Shown: positions 39,680-52,000 of the stretch, piece after piece | Layout of the letters: each line of letters opens with the position of its first letter | Position numbering within the stretch: position 1 is the first letter of the stretch | NCBI GenBank assembly: GCA_047495785.1 | Contig: JBLDXI010000105.1 | Coordinates: 62,001-126,000 of the forward strand | Direction: 5' to 3' | From: Lepidodermella squamata | Taxonomy: Eukaryota > Animalia > Gastrotricha | DNA length: 64,000 bases | Program-made: the position numbers and the translations under genes | The notes under the pieces: generated by a model | The model's input: the letters and a program-made list of their open reading frames with translations, nothing else | Told to the model about the DNA's origin: nothing | Databases searched by the model: none

Positions 39680-41209
39680 ATGAAATCTTTTAGGGCTGAT
39701 GATGGAGATGACGTGGCCGCGTTTTTCCCTCGCGAAGTCAAGCCGATTCAGTGCCGGTGCAAAGTTTGCGGTCTTGAAGCAAAGAAACGTCCGAGTTACC
39801 AGCCGCGAGCCTGTGCTGCTTGCGAGAAGTTCTTCAGGCGAAGCGTCGAGCATTGGCAATCACTGGAGTGCAACCATACCTCCGCTAATGCAGGCGAGCC
39901 ACCGACTAGCAGGGACATGCGACGTAGCATGTGCAAGAAATGCCGATTTGACAGATGCATTCGGGTTGGCATGAGAAGTGAGTTCACACTAGGCCCATTA
40001 GGGCCAAGTCAACAAGATCAATGAACCGTGGCATGAACTTTTCTAGTTAGCAAGGTCCCAAATTTGAAGAGCCAAACTTAGGAACAGCAGAGAGCTGTGA
40101 GCATAAGCATTTATTCCACTTGGAAATAGGCTTGATAGGTGTATTTGATATAATCCTAACTCAACTGTCTTCGAGCTAGTTTCCTGTTTTCTAATAAATG
40201 TTCACACTCAAGGTAAATTCTTGGTGCATCCATCGAAAGAAACACCGAAACTGGAGATAGATATGGACCCATCGTCTTCAGCAGCTTCGATGGTAGAAGA
40301 TACGCTGCAGAGAGCAATCGACGTTCAACTGCTGATTCACGGCCTAGATCACGTATTTTGAACGCTAATCGCAATTAGGAGCATTCAAGTACCATATATA
40401 TTCTATTTGATAGCTACCATTGAGGAAAACCTATGTTAACGATAGCTTCTGCGACCCTGAGGTCATTAAAAAGCTTGTTTTCAACCACATTGTCGATTAT
40501 AGACGACTCGGCGGAATTATTTGCCACCAAATGCAAGGTAATGATTCAAAGCCGTGAACGTGAATCTATTTTAAAACCGGATTTTTTAGAACGTTTCAAG
40601 CTGACCGAATCTGATGTGCAATCTCTGGGGATGCGCAACTGGAAGAACATTGTACTGGCCCATTCAGCTCTACCGAGCAACAGTGGCTGTCTTTCAGCTA
40701 ATTCAAGTCTTCTGCCCAGTTTCTTTTTCAATTACCCGGAAACCTTAGTACTATTAGTAGTTACTCGAAATTTTTCATGAAAAGTTAATGCTTACTTTTC
40801 AGCCGGCCAGAGCTGCCGAAGGCAAAGTATCAGCCGCAATGAATGAATGGAACCCGAGCCTCATCGAAACAGCTCTTTTCACTTGCCGCCTGTTTCTTCG
40901 AGGTATGAGAATTGCCAGAGCAAATTTGAAATAACAACTTCAGTGCGATTCGCAGGTGCCGGCAATTGTGCAGCGAGGAAGCGTGTCGAAATAGCTTTTG
41001 CCACCATGTGCTACAAGCTGCACGGCTCCAGAGCGGCGAAAGTCATGTGCGACGTTTCCACTATAGAAAGTCTGGTCGACATGGAATCGCGAGTTCTCAA
41101 TGATTGCGGTGTTGCGGTTATGAAAAGACTCGAAGCTTCGTCCGAGTCTGAAGAATTGGCTCTTAGCATCAGGTCAACCCTTGAAAGTGAACATTATGAA
41201 ATCAAGTAA
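39680..41209 (+). CDS. R9: divergent nuclear receptor, E-type, 357 aa
   Basis: Exons 39680-39977, 40213-40352, 40414-40537, 40590-40747, 40803-40902, 40956-41209 are in frame; short in-frame deletion at the start of exon 6. Confidence 0.88.
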
Positions 41210-41333
41210 TTGTGACTCGATAAAAAATGTTTTCCTCATTGTGTATTTTATATTTCAGGCTGCTATAAAAAGTAGCATAATGGCTGCAAGCCAACATTTT
41301 GACGCCCTGTTTAAACGCTAATTTTACATCACA

Positions 41334-41842
41334 TTGTTAGGGCCCGAGCCCGAATTCGGCCCGTACGCGCTTCGGCCGGCCTGTACGCCGACGGGTAACA
41401 TTGATTTGCCGCAACGCGTTCGGCCGGTATAAAACATGCCCGTTTGCGACGTGTACTGTGAATTTAACAAATTCGAGTGAATCGGCCAGGGTGGCAGCCC
41501 GAGCACGCCGGAGAACAATGGGAACCATAGTGCCGCTTTTGTTCAGAGCCGTACTCGGGCCGCCGGGCTTGGGTCATCCTACAACCACGCCCACCCCGGC
41601 AATTTTACAAAGTCCCAGCCCGAGCCCGACGGCCCGATCCCAGAGGCCAGTGCGCGAAGTACGGGGGGAATGAGGGGTGTCGTACCCCCCAGTTCGCAAG
41701 GCCAAAAAGGAAAATCCCCCAAACAACCCTTTGGGCTCAAAAATACCCCCACCTGGCGCATTTCAGACCAACCCGAGCGCGGAGTGTTAAAGTGCAGTTA
41801 CACGACCGCGTTCGGGCCGAATTCGGGCTCGGGCCCCAACAA
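41334..41842. mobile_element. GC-rich MITE
   Basis: TIR TTGTT(A/G)GGGCCCGAGCCCGAATTCGGCCCG at both ends; TSD not resolved. Confidence 0.7.
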
Positions 41843-42142
41843 CATTACCCCTAATACAACAATCAAAAGCTGTTACTCGGTTTTGGAGAACTAATTGCTG
41901 ACAATCTAGTCCGGTCAGCTTGTTGAACGATCTAGCTATCGAGATTGGATTCTCAGCAAGTAGTTAAGAAACCAACGACTTCTTTTATTTGGAATGCAAA
42001 ATAATAAAATTATTGACAGATATTATTTGTCCAGACGGCTTTTCTGGACATTACCCGTTGCAAAAAGACGTCTCAGACCCCTCGCTTATATTCAGTCTGG
42101 ACAGTTATTTTGGAAATTAATTAAATATCAGGTAGCACGGTA

Positions 42143-43460
42143 TCAAGTGTTGAACGTAAGTTTGACGACGACGCGATCATTTTCGCTTATTTCGCCCAAC
42201 CGCCGCCTCTCCGAAACGGCGGCTCCACTCTGGTCGAGTAAGTTCGATTCTACGGCGAGCAGCCGCTCGATAGTTTTCACCTGCGTCACCGACTGGTCAG
42301 GATTCTCCCTGAATCGCCGTGAGCATATCAGAGAAAACGCTGTATCAACTCGCCGCTTTAGATAACGAGACTGCAGGCTGTATGTCTCATCATCTACGAC
42401 TTCAAAATAAGGAACAAACTTAAGATTGCTGAGACTGTTATTTTAATACAGTTGGAAACTTACTTCTCAGGAAGATTCGAAGCATCAAAACCGCTATTTC
42501 AGGTAGTGTAGGGTTCCATTTACTGATTTCAAAGGAAACTTCATCCTCAGCTTCAGCAGCGCACTGAAATAAGTATATTTCTAGATAGTATAGGGAAATA
42601 AAAAAGGAAAACTGACCCGCATCTCCGGATTGAGGTTCAGGAAATGCGCCAAATTATCAGGCCCTACTAAAACACTGCCTGTAGTCGACGGCAGAGCTGA
42701 ATAGGCCAAGGTTATCGGCTTCCAGCCTCCACGCATCATTGCAGCGACTTCTCTTTCTGGTATCTGAAATGAATCTAAGGGACACGGGGTTTAATTGCCA
42801 GGAATCGAAAGAAAACATACCTTTCAGGAAAGACGTGAATTCAAGCCCAATACGCAAAATTTCGCTGATATTTTGCATTAAAATTCGCGAGAACGTATGT
42901 GGGTTGTACATATCTTCAACGCTGATGTTCTTCCTCAACGGGAGCTACAAATTAGGATAAAAAGCTCTGTCACAATGAAAACCCCGAGGCTCACAAATTC
43001 AAGCTGGTGAAGATGAGTTTGCGCCGTTATTGCCAATCGAATGATGTTCTCAACGTCCTCTCCGTTGTAAACAGTTGGGTTGTCTATCAGCGAGCAGTCA
43101 CTGCTCGAGACTGAATCCAGAGATTGGTTCTCAGATTCCATCGAATGGCGTGCCATATATTTGCCTAAAATCAGAATAAAATAGTTTAAGAAGTTCTCTT
43201 TTGCGCGATTACTCACTTTTCATGCCTGCGCGAACGCATGCATCGAATCGGCATTTCGAACAATCATACTTGTGCAACTTCGGCTTCGATTTTGCCGTTG
43301 CAGCAGCGTCATGGTTGCATCTCAGCCGCTGCCAGTTCTCACAGTTGCGGCGGAAAAATTTCTGGCAAGCCGCACAGGTTCGGGGTTGAAAAGTAGGGCG
43401 GGGAGACACAGCGCAGTCGCACACTTTGCACTTTGCAGAGGACGACACTGAGGATTTCAT
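42143..43460 (-). CDS. R10: divergent nuclear receptor, Q-type, 350 aa
   Basis: Exons 43460-43217, 43164-42995, 42944-42821, 42774-42617, 42563-42464, 42399-42143 are in frame. Confidence 0.9.
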
Positions 43461-44444
43461 CTCTTAAAAAATGAAGCGATGCTAGGATATGAGGGCAGAT
43501 GGACTTGATGAATGGCGGCTTTATAGAACATAAAATACTTGGCTAGAAATACGAGGTGTGTGTACGTGCTGCATTCATCAAGTATTTTGTAAGCTTAATC
43601 GATTTTGACAGATTATTCATTAATGCTTTGCGACTAGGTACGAAAACGCTGCAGGCTAAATGACAGTTTGCTGCGTTTTTTACACGCTAGAAACACGAGA
43701 GTTTGATCAATATCGATTGCGGACATTGGACGTCGGACGTTGAGGGCGTCAGGAGCATGTAGTGATTCTTTTTTATTTTAGTTGATGTACGTCGAAGTGA
43801 GATGGGAGAATGATAAACCTTAATTGGCAATGTCGCCATTTCAGAAAATTGCAGAGTTCCGAGGGAAGTTGGAAGACATCCCCTTGGCACTCAAGAATTT
43901 GAAAGCTACAAATGCTCGATTTACCCCTCCCCCTCCACTCTGAGAAAAGTATCGAGTCGTATCTCTGATGAAAAACATTTTTTACCTCTATACAGCTGTT
44001 TAAAATAAGCAACTGGAACTACTTTGGGAGGTTTATGAAGCCTCATTTAGAGGGAAGTTTGTTTGGGAAATCAAACTATTAAAATTTATATTGTAGTACG
44101 GCCATCAATGCACGTATAGAGCACGTGCCAATATACGCACTAGTTCATTCATTAAATTCTGCGTAAAAAAAAGAGGATTTCTACAGCCTGATTTCACGAC
44201 GCTGATCATTTCCTTATATGTATTGATCATGTATTGATTCAATATTTCGCATAGCTAGGAGTAATTGAAGGAGACCTCCTACACGGAGTGTGCTAGAGTT
44301 TCTCCGCATTTCATGTTCTTCAGGTATCAAGAAGAAGGCCCATATATTTATTTTATTGCATTCAGTTATCTCGCTTCGGCGGATCAATTTTTGAAACAAT
44401 CAGCAACAAAGGGGTTTGCACATATCGAAAACATGAGGCAGTGG

Positions 44445-45307
44445 TCATCTAAAGTGAAACTGTGAAGCGAGGAAATGTATGCCAAGTAAAGCGATGGCTG
44501 TTTGAAGCCTGGACCCATGTGATGAACTTGAGGCGTTGCAGTAGGACCGCGAGCAGCAATATGTGCGAATCGTGAAGCCGCCGCTGTAAGATATCGCCAC
44601 TTCCTTCTCCTCGCAATTCACTGCACAGTTGTAAGCCTTTGTCACCAGGCCGCTCAAAGCGATTCGAGATTCCATTTTCTAAGATAACGATATGATATGT
44701 TAGCTGTTAGCCTTTAATTTGATTCGGATTGATTCGGGGTCAGCGTCATTCGACATTAAATTTTCGGCTTTGCGGCTCGACCATGCTTCGGATCTATACG
44801 AATAGTAAGCTAAACGATTTCCCGTCATTCAAAGTTTTTTTCTTTAGATGCTTATGAAATTTGAGCGGATGCTGTAACTTTGAAAAATTGAAAATTTAGC
44901 GGATTTGACGAAAATCGCCACGTGGACTAGGCGTACTACGGTCTGAAAATTGGGAGCTAAAAATACCCGAAAGTTTACACCCTATGTACACCCTAAGTTT
45001 ACACACAAAATTGAAAATATGTAATGTCCAGCGTAATATGTAATTAATGGGATAATTATTCAGCGTAATTCACGAAATTAACGAAATCACTTGAACCAAA
45101 TCAGCGCTTCGTCCTTACCGAACAATATCCCGTAGTAGTGCATGTTGTCTGAATGTATCCTGGTTCGCCGGTGCCAACATAACACGAGATAGTCGAATAA
45201 GTTGCTAATTTCAGAGTTAAAATGATTTCATATGAGTGACACAAACCTCAAAACTTACAAGCGACGTTAAAAGTTATCGAAGTCCACAATATCCGATAGA
45301 CTAACAT
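44445..45307 (-). CDS. Ly6/uPAR three-finger protein, probably GPI-anchored, 122 aa
   Basis: Exons 45307-45259, 45204-45119, 44678-44445. Signal-like N-terminus, ISCYVG start, 8 Cys ending CCSRSYCN, then a Ser-rich omega site and hydrophobic tail. Confidence 0.82.
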
Positions 45308-46049
45308 CGATATGTTTGATTTCCTAAACGATAACCTGAAATGAAGAATATTCCAAGTAATCAAGAAAATCACTGTTTACTCGAGGCTAGCGATCGTCAT
45401 TCAACAACTCAATTCTTCCCAGCTCAAATTTACTTGGGTAACACAAGAGCTAATTTATCAATCATGCAAAATGTGGTAGTAGCAGAGCCGCATGCAGTAA
45501 CGTTAGTAAATTCGTTCCGCATTACCTGGTGGGGCTTCATCAACAACGCTTTTATTGCCAAATACTACTGCATTCGTCGTTTTAAACCAATAAATTTGGC
45601 TTAGCCTTTTCTCTGCATGCTGTAGGAAAGAATTTCCGGCTCTGAAAGTTCGCTCAAGTGCCGCCGGCGGAAACACTCGAATATAACCGCAGAATTAGTT
45701 ATTTTTCTCGCTGTGATTATTTCACTCACCACTGCTATACTGAGCCGTTTACGAAGAACACGCTATAGAAAATAATGCATTCATTTATTACGCGCGTGCT
45801 GATCAGCATCGAATAGCGTGATTGACATGACAAGACGCGACAAGACTAAGCGATTTTTATTAAATTGCTCATTAAATTGCCAGGCGTGAAGAGTGGGCCA
45901 AAATGAACATTCAAGTTTCAGTTTCACCAATCAAACGAAAAAACACAGTCTTGCGAACTCAAAATGATTGTAAGATAGAAAAGACATTATGATTCACCGA
46001 AATCGAGCCATTATTCTGTTAAATAATCTTCAGCAAACAATTTGAACGT

Positions 46050-49000
46050 TCAAAAAACCATGAAGCGTGAAATTTGAATTGTAGAAGTGCCTTCTTTTTC
46101 TACGCTGACGTATCGGCCACTCAACGGTGGGGTGCAATGGAAAGTCAGCGCTTGTCCCTGAACTAAAGCCACGCGGTTTCCCTCAAGCCAAAAGTCGCAA
46201 ACAGGATTTGATTGAAGATTGCTACTCGTTGAGGTTCCAACTCGGATCGTCAGCTGGCAGCTACCGGGGTTTGAATCGACGACCCATGAACCGCTTTGTT
46301 GAGTGACCACAACAACCTTGCCGACGGAATACGACACGCCGAGATCGACCAGAAGCCAGCCAGTCGTCAACGATGCTCCGACACTATTAGGACCAGGGGT
46401 GGTCAGAGCCATAAGAGTTGTAGCCGGAATCGATGAGATGTTAGTTGTTACACTTTTGAAACTTGCATAGTCTGTGCCGTTGTCGTAGTAAGCTCCGAAT
46501 TGGCAGATCTCAAGCGTCGAACCAGCAGTGGCACCAACGATAGTTAGAAACCTACCAATTATAGCGCCATTCTCGCACATGAGTTGAGCTCGTCTGCCAT
46601 TCGGGATCCCGCCTAACTGAGAGCACTGAGTCTGTGCGTCCGCGTCTGAAGATGAGTTGGGGCGAGTCGAGCCTAGGCGTACAGAAACTCTTCCAACAGG
46701 AGGTGTGAGGATCGAGGCGTATTTGTTTGCTGATGTAGGGGCAGAGCAGCCTTTGAATCCGAATCGGCCATAAGGAGCCACATTGAAGTCGTCAATAACC
46801 AGTCGAACCGCCATAGTCAGGAGAGGATATGGGCTCAAATAGGAAATGAAAGGATTTGGGTTGCTTGAAGCTGATGGGCCGTCGAAGATTCGAAGCCTCG
46901 ACCCATTATGAGGCCAAACGTAACCTGTCCACATGATACCGTCCAAACTACCCATAAGGTGGTATTTCGTGATCCAGGATGTTGAATCAACGCTGCATTG
47001 AACTATCACAGCCGATACGATTTTCATTACCGTGAACGTGATTTGATAGAAAGGCTGAGGATCGGTCAACAGAGGTCGGAAATCGACAGTGCTGCCGACG
47101 ATGTAGGTTTGAGATTCAACAGCTGGTGTTTGGGTGCTGGATACCGTGACACTGCTGTTCTTCCCATCATTCAGCTCGGTCTTGCAGAAGAAATCTTTAG
47201 AAAAATCATTAAGTTTTCCCAATTCATAGAAACGAGATTCCTCACCTGGGCAACCACGGAGTAAAATCCGCATTCCGACCCCGCCCACAGAAGTTAAAGG
47301 GTGTATTCTGACATATCTAGCTGAAATGTAAGGTCGAATTGCATTCCAAACGACATCATCACTGTTTTCGTTCCCAGTGAACACCTGCGTATCCATTCGA
47401 GAGAAATATTTGAAAATAATCGTTGTTAAAACGGGCTCACTTTGATGACGCTTGGTCTCGGCAATTCGTAGACCCACGAGTAGTAATTGAAAGGCGTTCC
47501 ATATGACATTTTGAAACTTGTAACGTAGTAATCAGTAGAATAGTCCCCCTGGGTCGCAATTGAAGCTATTGTGGTCTCTTCTCCAAGATCGAGCATGAGA
47601 ATCGGGCTTGAATCAGAGACAGCTGGCTGCCAACAGCAAGCAATCGACCCAGCTGTTGCCGCATTGCCGACCCATCGATTTTGGAGACGGAACTGGTCGA
47701 ATTTCACCCCGGCTGATGATACGAACACTGAACTTGGCGTAGCTGTAGCACGAGCTGTAAGGTCACTCTCGCAAACGTGACCTTGAACTAATTAAATAAA
47801 TCATCATTTTAATGTGTTGCCAGCATAGAGAAAAAAATGACCAGAGTATGCACTCAAGCTAAAATTTTGATCTGCATTATTATAGAATTGCTTTCTCAAA
47901 ACGTATATCTCCGTTTTTCACCAAATTTTGCATGCCTATAGAACGCGAGCTGCTCTTACACGTGGTGTAAGATTTGTGGTGGGCAACTGCTGCTCAGTCT
48001 TGATCTCCTCAAAATAAATGAAAACATAGTGCAAACGAGGTTTTTGTATCGCAACAACGGTTGGGTTGCCCACCTCAAATCTTATACCACATGAAAGAGC
48101 AGCTCGCGTTCTATAGGCATGCAAAATTTGGTGAAAAACGGAGATATACGTTTTGAGAAAGTCAACAATGAATAAAAATGAAGATTTAGAAATTTTAGAT
48201 TGATTGCTTACTCTGGTCATTTTTTTCTCTATGGTTGCCAGTTTTCAACTTTTTCAGAATTTTCAATTTGAAATTTTCATGGTTTTATGATCATTTTTTG
48301 ATCCGCCAAAATACCACCATGTCCGCCATCCGCCATAGTCTGATTGAAGTAACATGAAACCATCGAACTAATACTTTCTTTCCGCGAACCATTTTTACTG
48401 AAACCATCGGAACCATCGAAATATAATTATTATTCTATATTCATATTCATCGGAAATTCGTTAATATTTAAATATTATTCCGATGGTTTAAGACATCGGA
48501 AATCAAGAATAATGAAACGAGTTGCGGGATGGCGGGAATGTATCATATTAGCGTCCAAATTGAAAATTAAGCATGACCACGGCTAGCTCGGCCCTGCCAA
48601 CGGCCTTGAACGCGAACGCTATCAGTTTGCTCTTCTTGTAGGATAGCGTCCACGGCAAGGCTTCGAGCAATCAAAATTTGTAGGGTAATTTGCTGAGGTT
48701 AGGATTCTCGCTAGAAATTAAAAAAATTTGGCGGAATCAATTTTGAATTTCTAGCATCTCTGTGCCAACTTAGATCGATAAGGCTTCTCATGGACCCTTT
48801 GAGGTTACTTGTCTCTTGAGAAGGATGGGAGCCTCCTAGAATCGACCTTGACATCGAAATTCGTTCGAGTTGGAAATTAAAAATGAAGATGAAAAAGCTG
48901 AATTCAGATCTGAATGCTGAGCCTCTAGAACTGTTTTAAATTGAATATTTTCGGTGATATTTGTGAGGGAGTATCTTAGGGACAATCATGAGAGGAATTT

Positions 49001-52000
49001 AGAATCTAAAATTTCAAAACTGAGGGCACCTGACAAAAAACTTAGGGTGCTCGAAAAAATGCCTGAAATCAGCTAAGCGGATAGGACGATTTCGGCCAGC
49101 GGATAGGACGATTTCGGCCAGTTTTCGTACAGCCTTAACGGTGATAGACAAAGACAAAGACAAACGGATTTCAAAATCGCGACCAGGGCCTTACCCATAT
49201 AACTGCCGCCAAATATTTTTTCTCCCGCAGATAAATAATTCCGCCATAAAGGTAAAGGGGCCTTAAGGACTTACGTGATACCGGTCCGGGGCATTGTGTA
49301 GCGACTTCCATCGCCAAATATTGGCTCAGATAGCCGTGAAAGACGCTGATGCATGCCATTTCGCCACGCATGACGTAATTCCAGTAAACGTCATAAGCCA
49401 AGCCGATGCGTTGAAGCGGCGGGGGCCTCGAATCGGGCATAGCCCTGCTGGCGACTCGGATGCCATCGTAGAATCCGTCGTAACGCATAGCTCCAGGGGT
49501 CATGTCGAAGGACATCATATGGTGCCGCCATACGTTGAAAAACGTGCTAACATTGCTTGCAGATGCTGGATACGCAGTGTAGGTAGTCGTAGTGGGACCG
49601 TACAACATCCCACTGTAGGCGATGGAGTTGGGTGTATACGGTCGAATGAAAATTTTCGAATTATCCGTTGATACCTCATTGAGAGTAACTACTGGTATTG
49701 CTACGTTATTGCCGGTTTCCTTGCTGTAGAAAAATAGCCCAATCGTGTAAGGTGTTGGATTAGACACGCCCTGGCCAAAGCATAGGTCTTTTCGGCCAGC
49801 TACCGAGAAGTAGTAATTCGCCGATGAGTTACTTTGCAGGCCCCAAACGTCATTCGTGTTTCCTCGCCAAGGATAACCACTTCCTGTACAAATAAACACA
49901 TTCGAGTAAAAAAATCTGCCTCAGTCGTAATTTCCTTACCCGTTTTGCGAATACACAGCGCATAAGAGATCTTTTTTACCCGCATTCACCTAATTATTCA
50001 TTTTATTTAGTTATAATTTGGATCAGGGACGGATATTAAATTTCTAATCCGCCACAGACGGTCAACAATGCATTTTCAAACTTCTGACTATGGTCAGTGC
50101 TGCAATCTCTCAAGTAGAGAATTGTTGAATTTTAGTTTAATATTTGCTTCATAGGTCTGCATTTACAATCTCTCAACAATCATTCAATCTTCTGGCAAGA
50201 GCGAGGATCGTCGTAACTTTAGCAAAAATGTAAAGCAAGTTAATTTCAGTCCTTTGAGTACAACCGCCCCCGTCCAGGCGTTATGAAATTTCTGAAAAAA
50301 GCAAGGCCCCCCCTAATGTTTTGGAAATTTCGGGCTCAAAATGGCTCGAATCAGCCCCTCAGAGCTGGAAATAGTCCATCCAGAGTTGACAATTTTTCGA
50401 GAAATTTAGGAAATTTAGGAAATTTATGCCGTTTGAGAAAAAGGCATGCTTTCAAAATGTACCGGCATTCCAATTGTTAGACGTGATAACATCACCGGCC
50501 GAAGGATTCGTGACAGAACTAGAGCCGTAAGAGCCGTCGAAAGGAACGCTCGCAGCAGCAGTCATGTCATCGGTCGAAGTCAATGGGCATCTTTTCAAAG
50601 AAGCCATTTGCCTGCGATTCAACGCTGCCTTGTAAAATTGAAGGCAAGCAACATTGATTGGCATCGAACCCCCAACTCGAAACGGGCTAGAATTGGTCTG
50701 AAGGCCGTTGGAACATGGAAATGATATCACAGAACTCCCTAAGCCATCGAGAACCAGAAGCAGGGTCCCAGCCTCACTGTCGTAGATCAGGCCTATATAA
50801 GCCCAATGATTAGGCATCGGTTGCAACGTGGTTGTGAAATTCGTGGTAGTTGATACGGCAGCACTTCGACACTTCACGCAAACTGCTAATTTACCACCGG
50901 AAATGAATAGATAGATTCCGGGATTTGTAGCTGAGGTGTACCAGCCCAGAATCACGCCATCAGCAGCAGTGGGCTGCATTATGTGAAGTAGAATAGTGAA
51001 CGAATACTGGAGGTCGAGAATATTGCCAGGGGCAGTGTTAATCTGCATCTGCAGATTGTCACTCGCTGTTGCAAGATTCCAAGCTCTGAAATGCCGATCA
51101 AATAGGAAAATATGCCTTCAATTATGAGAAAAAAACATACGTTGAAGTATATCCATAGATTTTCGAGCATTGAGGGCTGCCATTCGAAGTGAAACTCGGT
51201 GCTTGACCAGTCACGTCGTTCATGGTACAAGCAAAGGGATAAATAGCAAGGGGCGTTGGGGCTAGAATAGCAAAATCAATTTATTGATTTCTCGCCGAAT
51301 GTGATACTTACTCATCCACGGGCATCGTGAGGCTTGTTCAATCTCAGACTGATCGAGGCCTCGCTTGTAGAACTGCATGCAGGCGATGCGGCCACTCCAA
51401 TTGCCGCGAATTTCGAAATACTCAGTTAGCATGAAAACGTCCGGGGCCAGGCAGCCCTGGTAGTTAACAGCTCGATCGTACGTGTCGTAGTAGACGCGAC
51501 TCACGCCACTTCGACAGTCGACAGTTAGGGCAAAGAAGAACCAGCGATCGTACGGCGCAGCAGCGTTCTTCAAAGGCCACTGCCAGCTGCTTGTCGGACT
51601 AGTCGTGAAGTCAACAGTTATCTCGCGCGTTGCCTTGAAACGTATGTTAAACCTCCATGTCCCAGGTGTCCTGTTCGCTAACGTTTTAACACAAAACCCC
51701 GGCAACTTTATAATGACTCACCAGCTTTTAGCCTTGCATTTCATCGGGAAAAACTCGCCAGTAGTTCCAGTACTTGGGAAGTAAAGCCAAGCTGCGTAAG
51801 TCCAGCCGTTGTTCAGATCTATCATATTGATGTTATTTGTTCGAACAAGAATCGCCTGATCTGTCCCTGGCCACTGCAGAGCCCCAAGAGGCCGACCATC
51901 GAACCCAGCCATGTAGCTCATACTCGGCGGAACAATGGCGTGATTGCCGTTACTAGACAAATCATCGCCACCTCGCATGTAGTCGAAGAGCCACAGGCCA

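Noticed and set aside
7250-39987. Recurrent antisense ORFs (..NRHFLHMLRRMSL..) and those opposite exon 6
   Set aside because: They are shadows of conserved receptor exons on the other strand.
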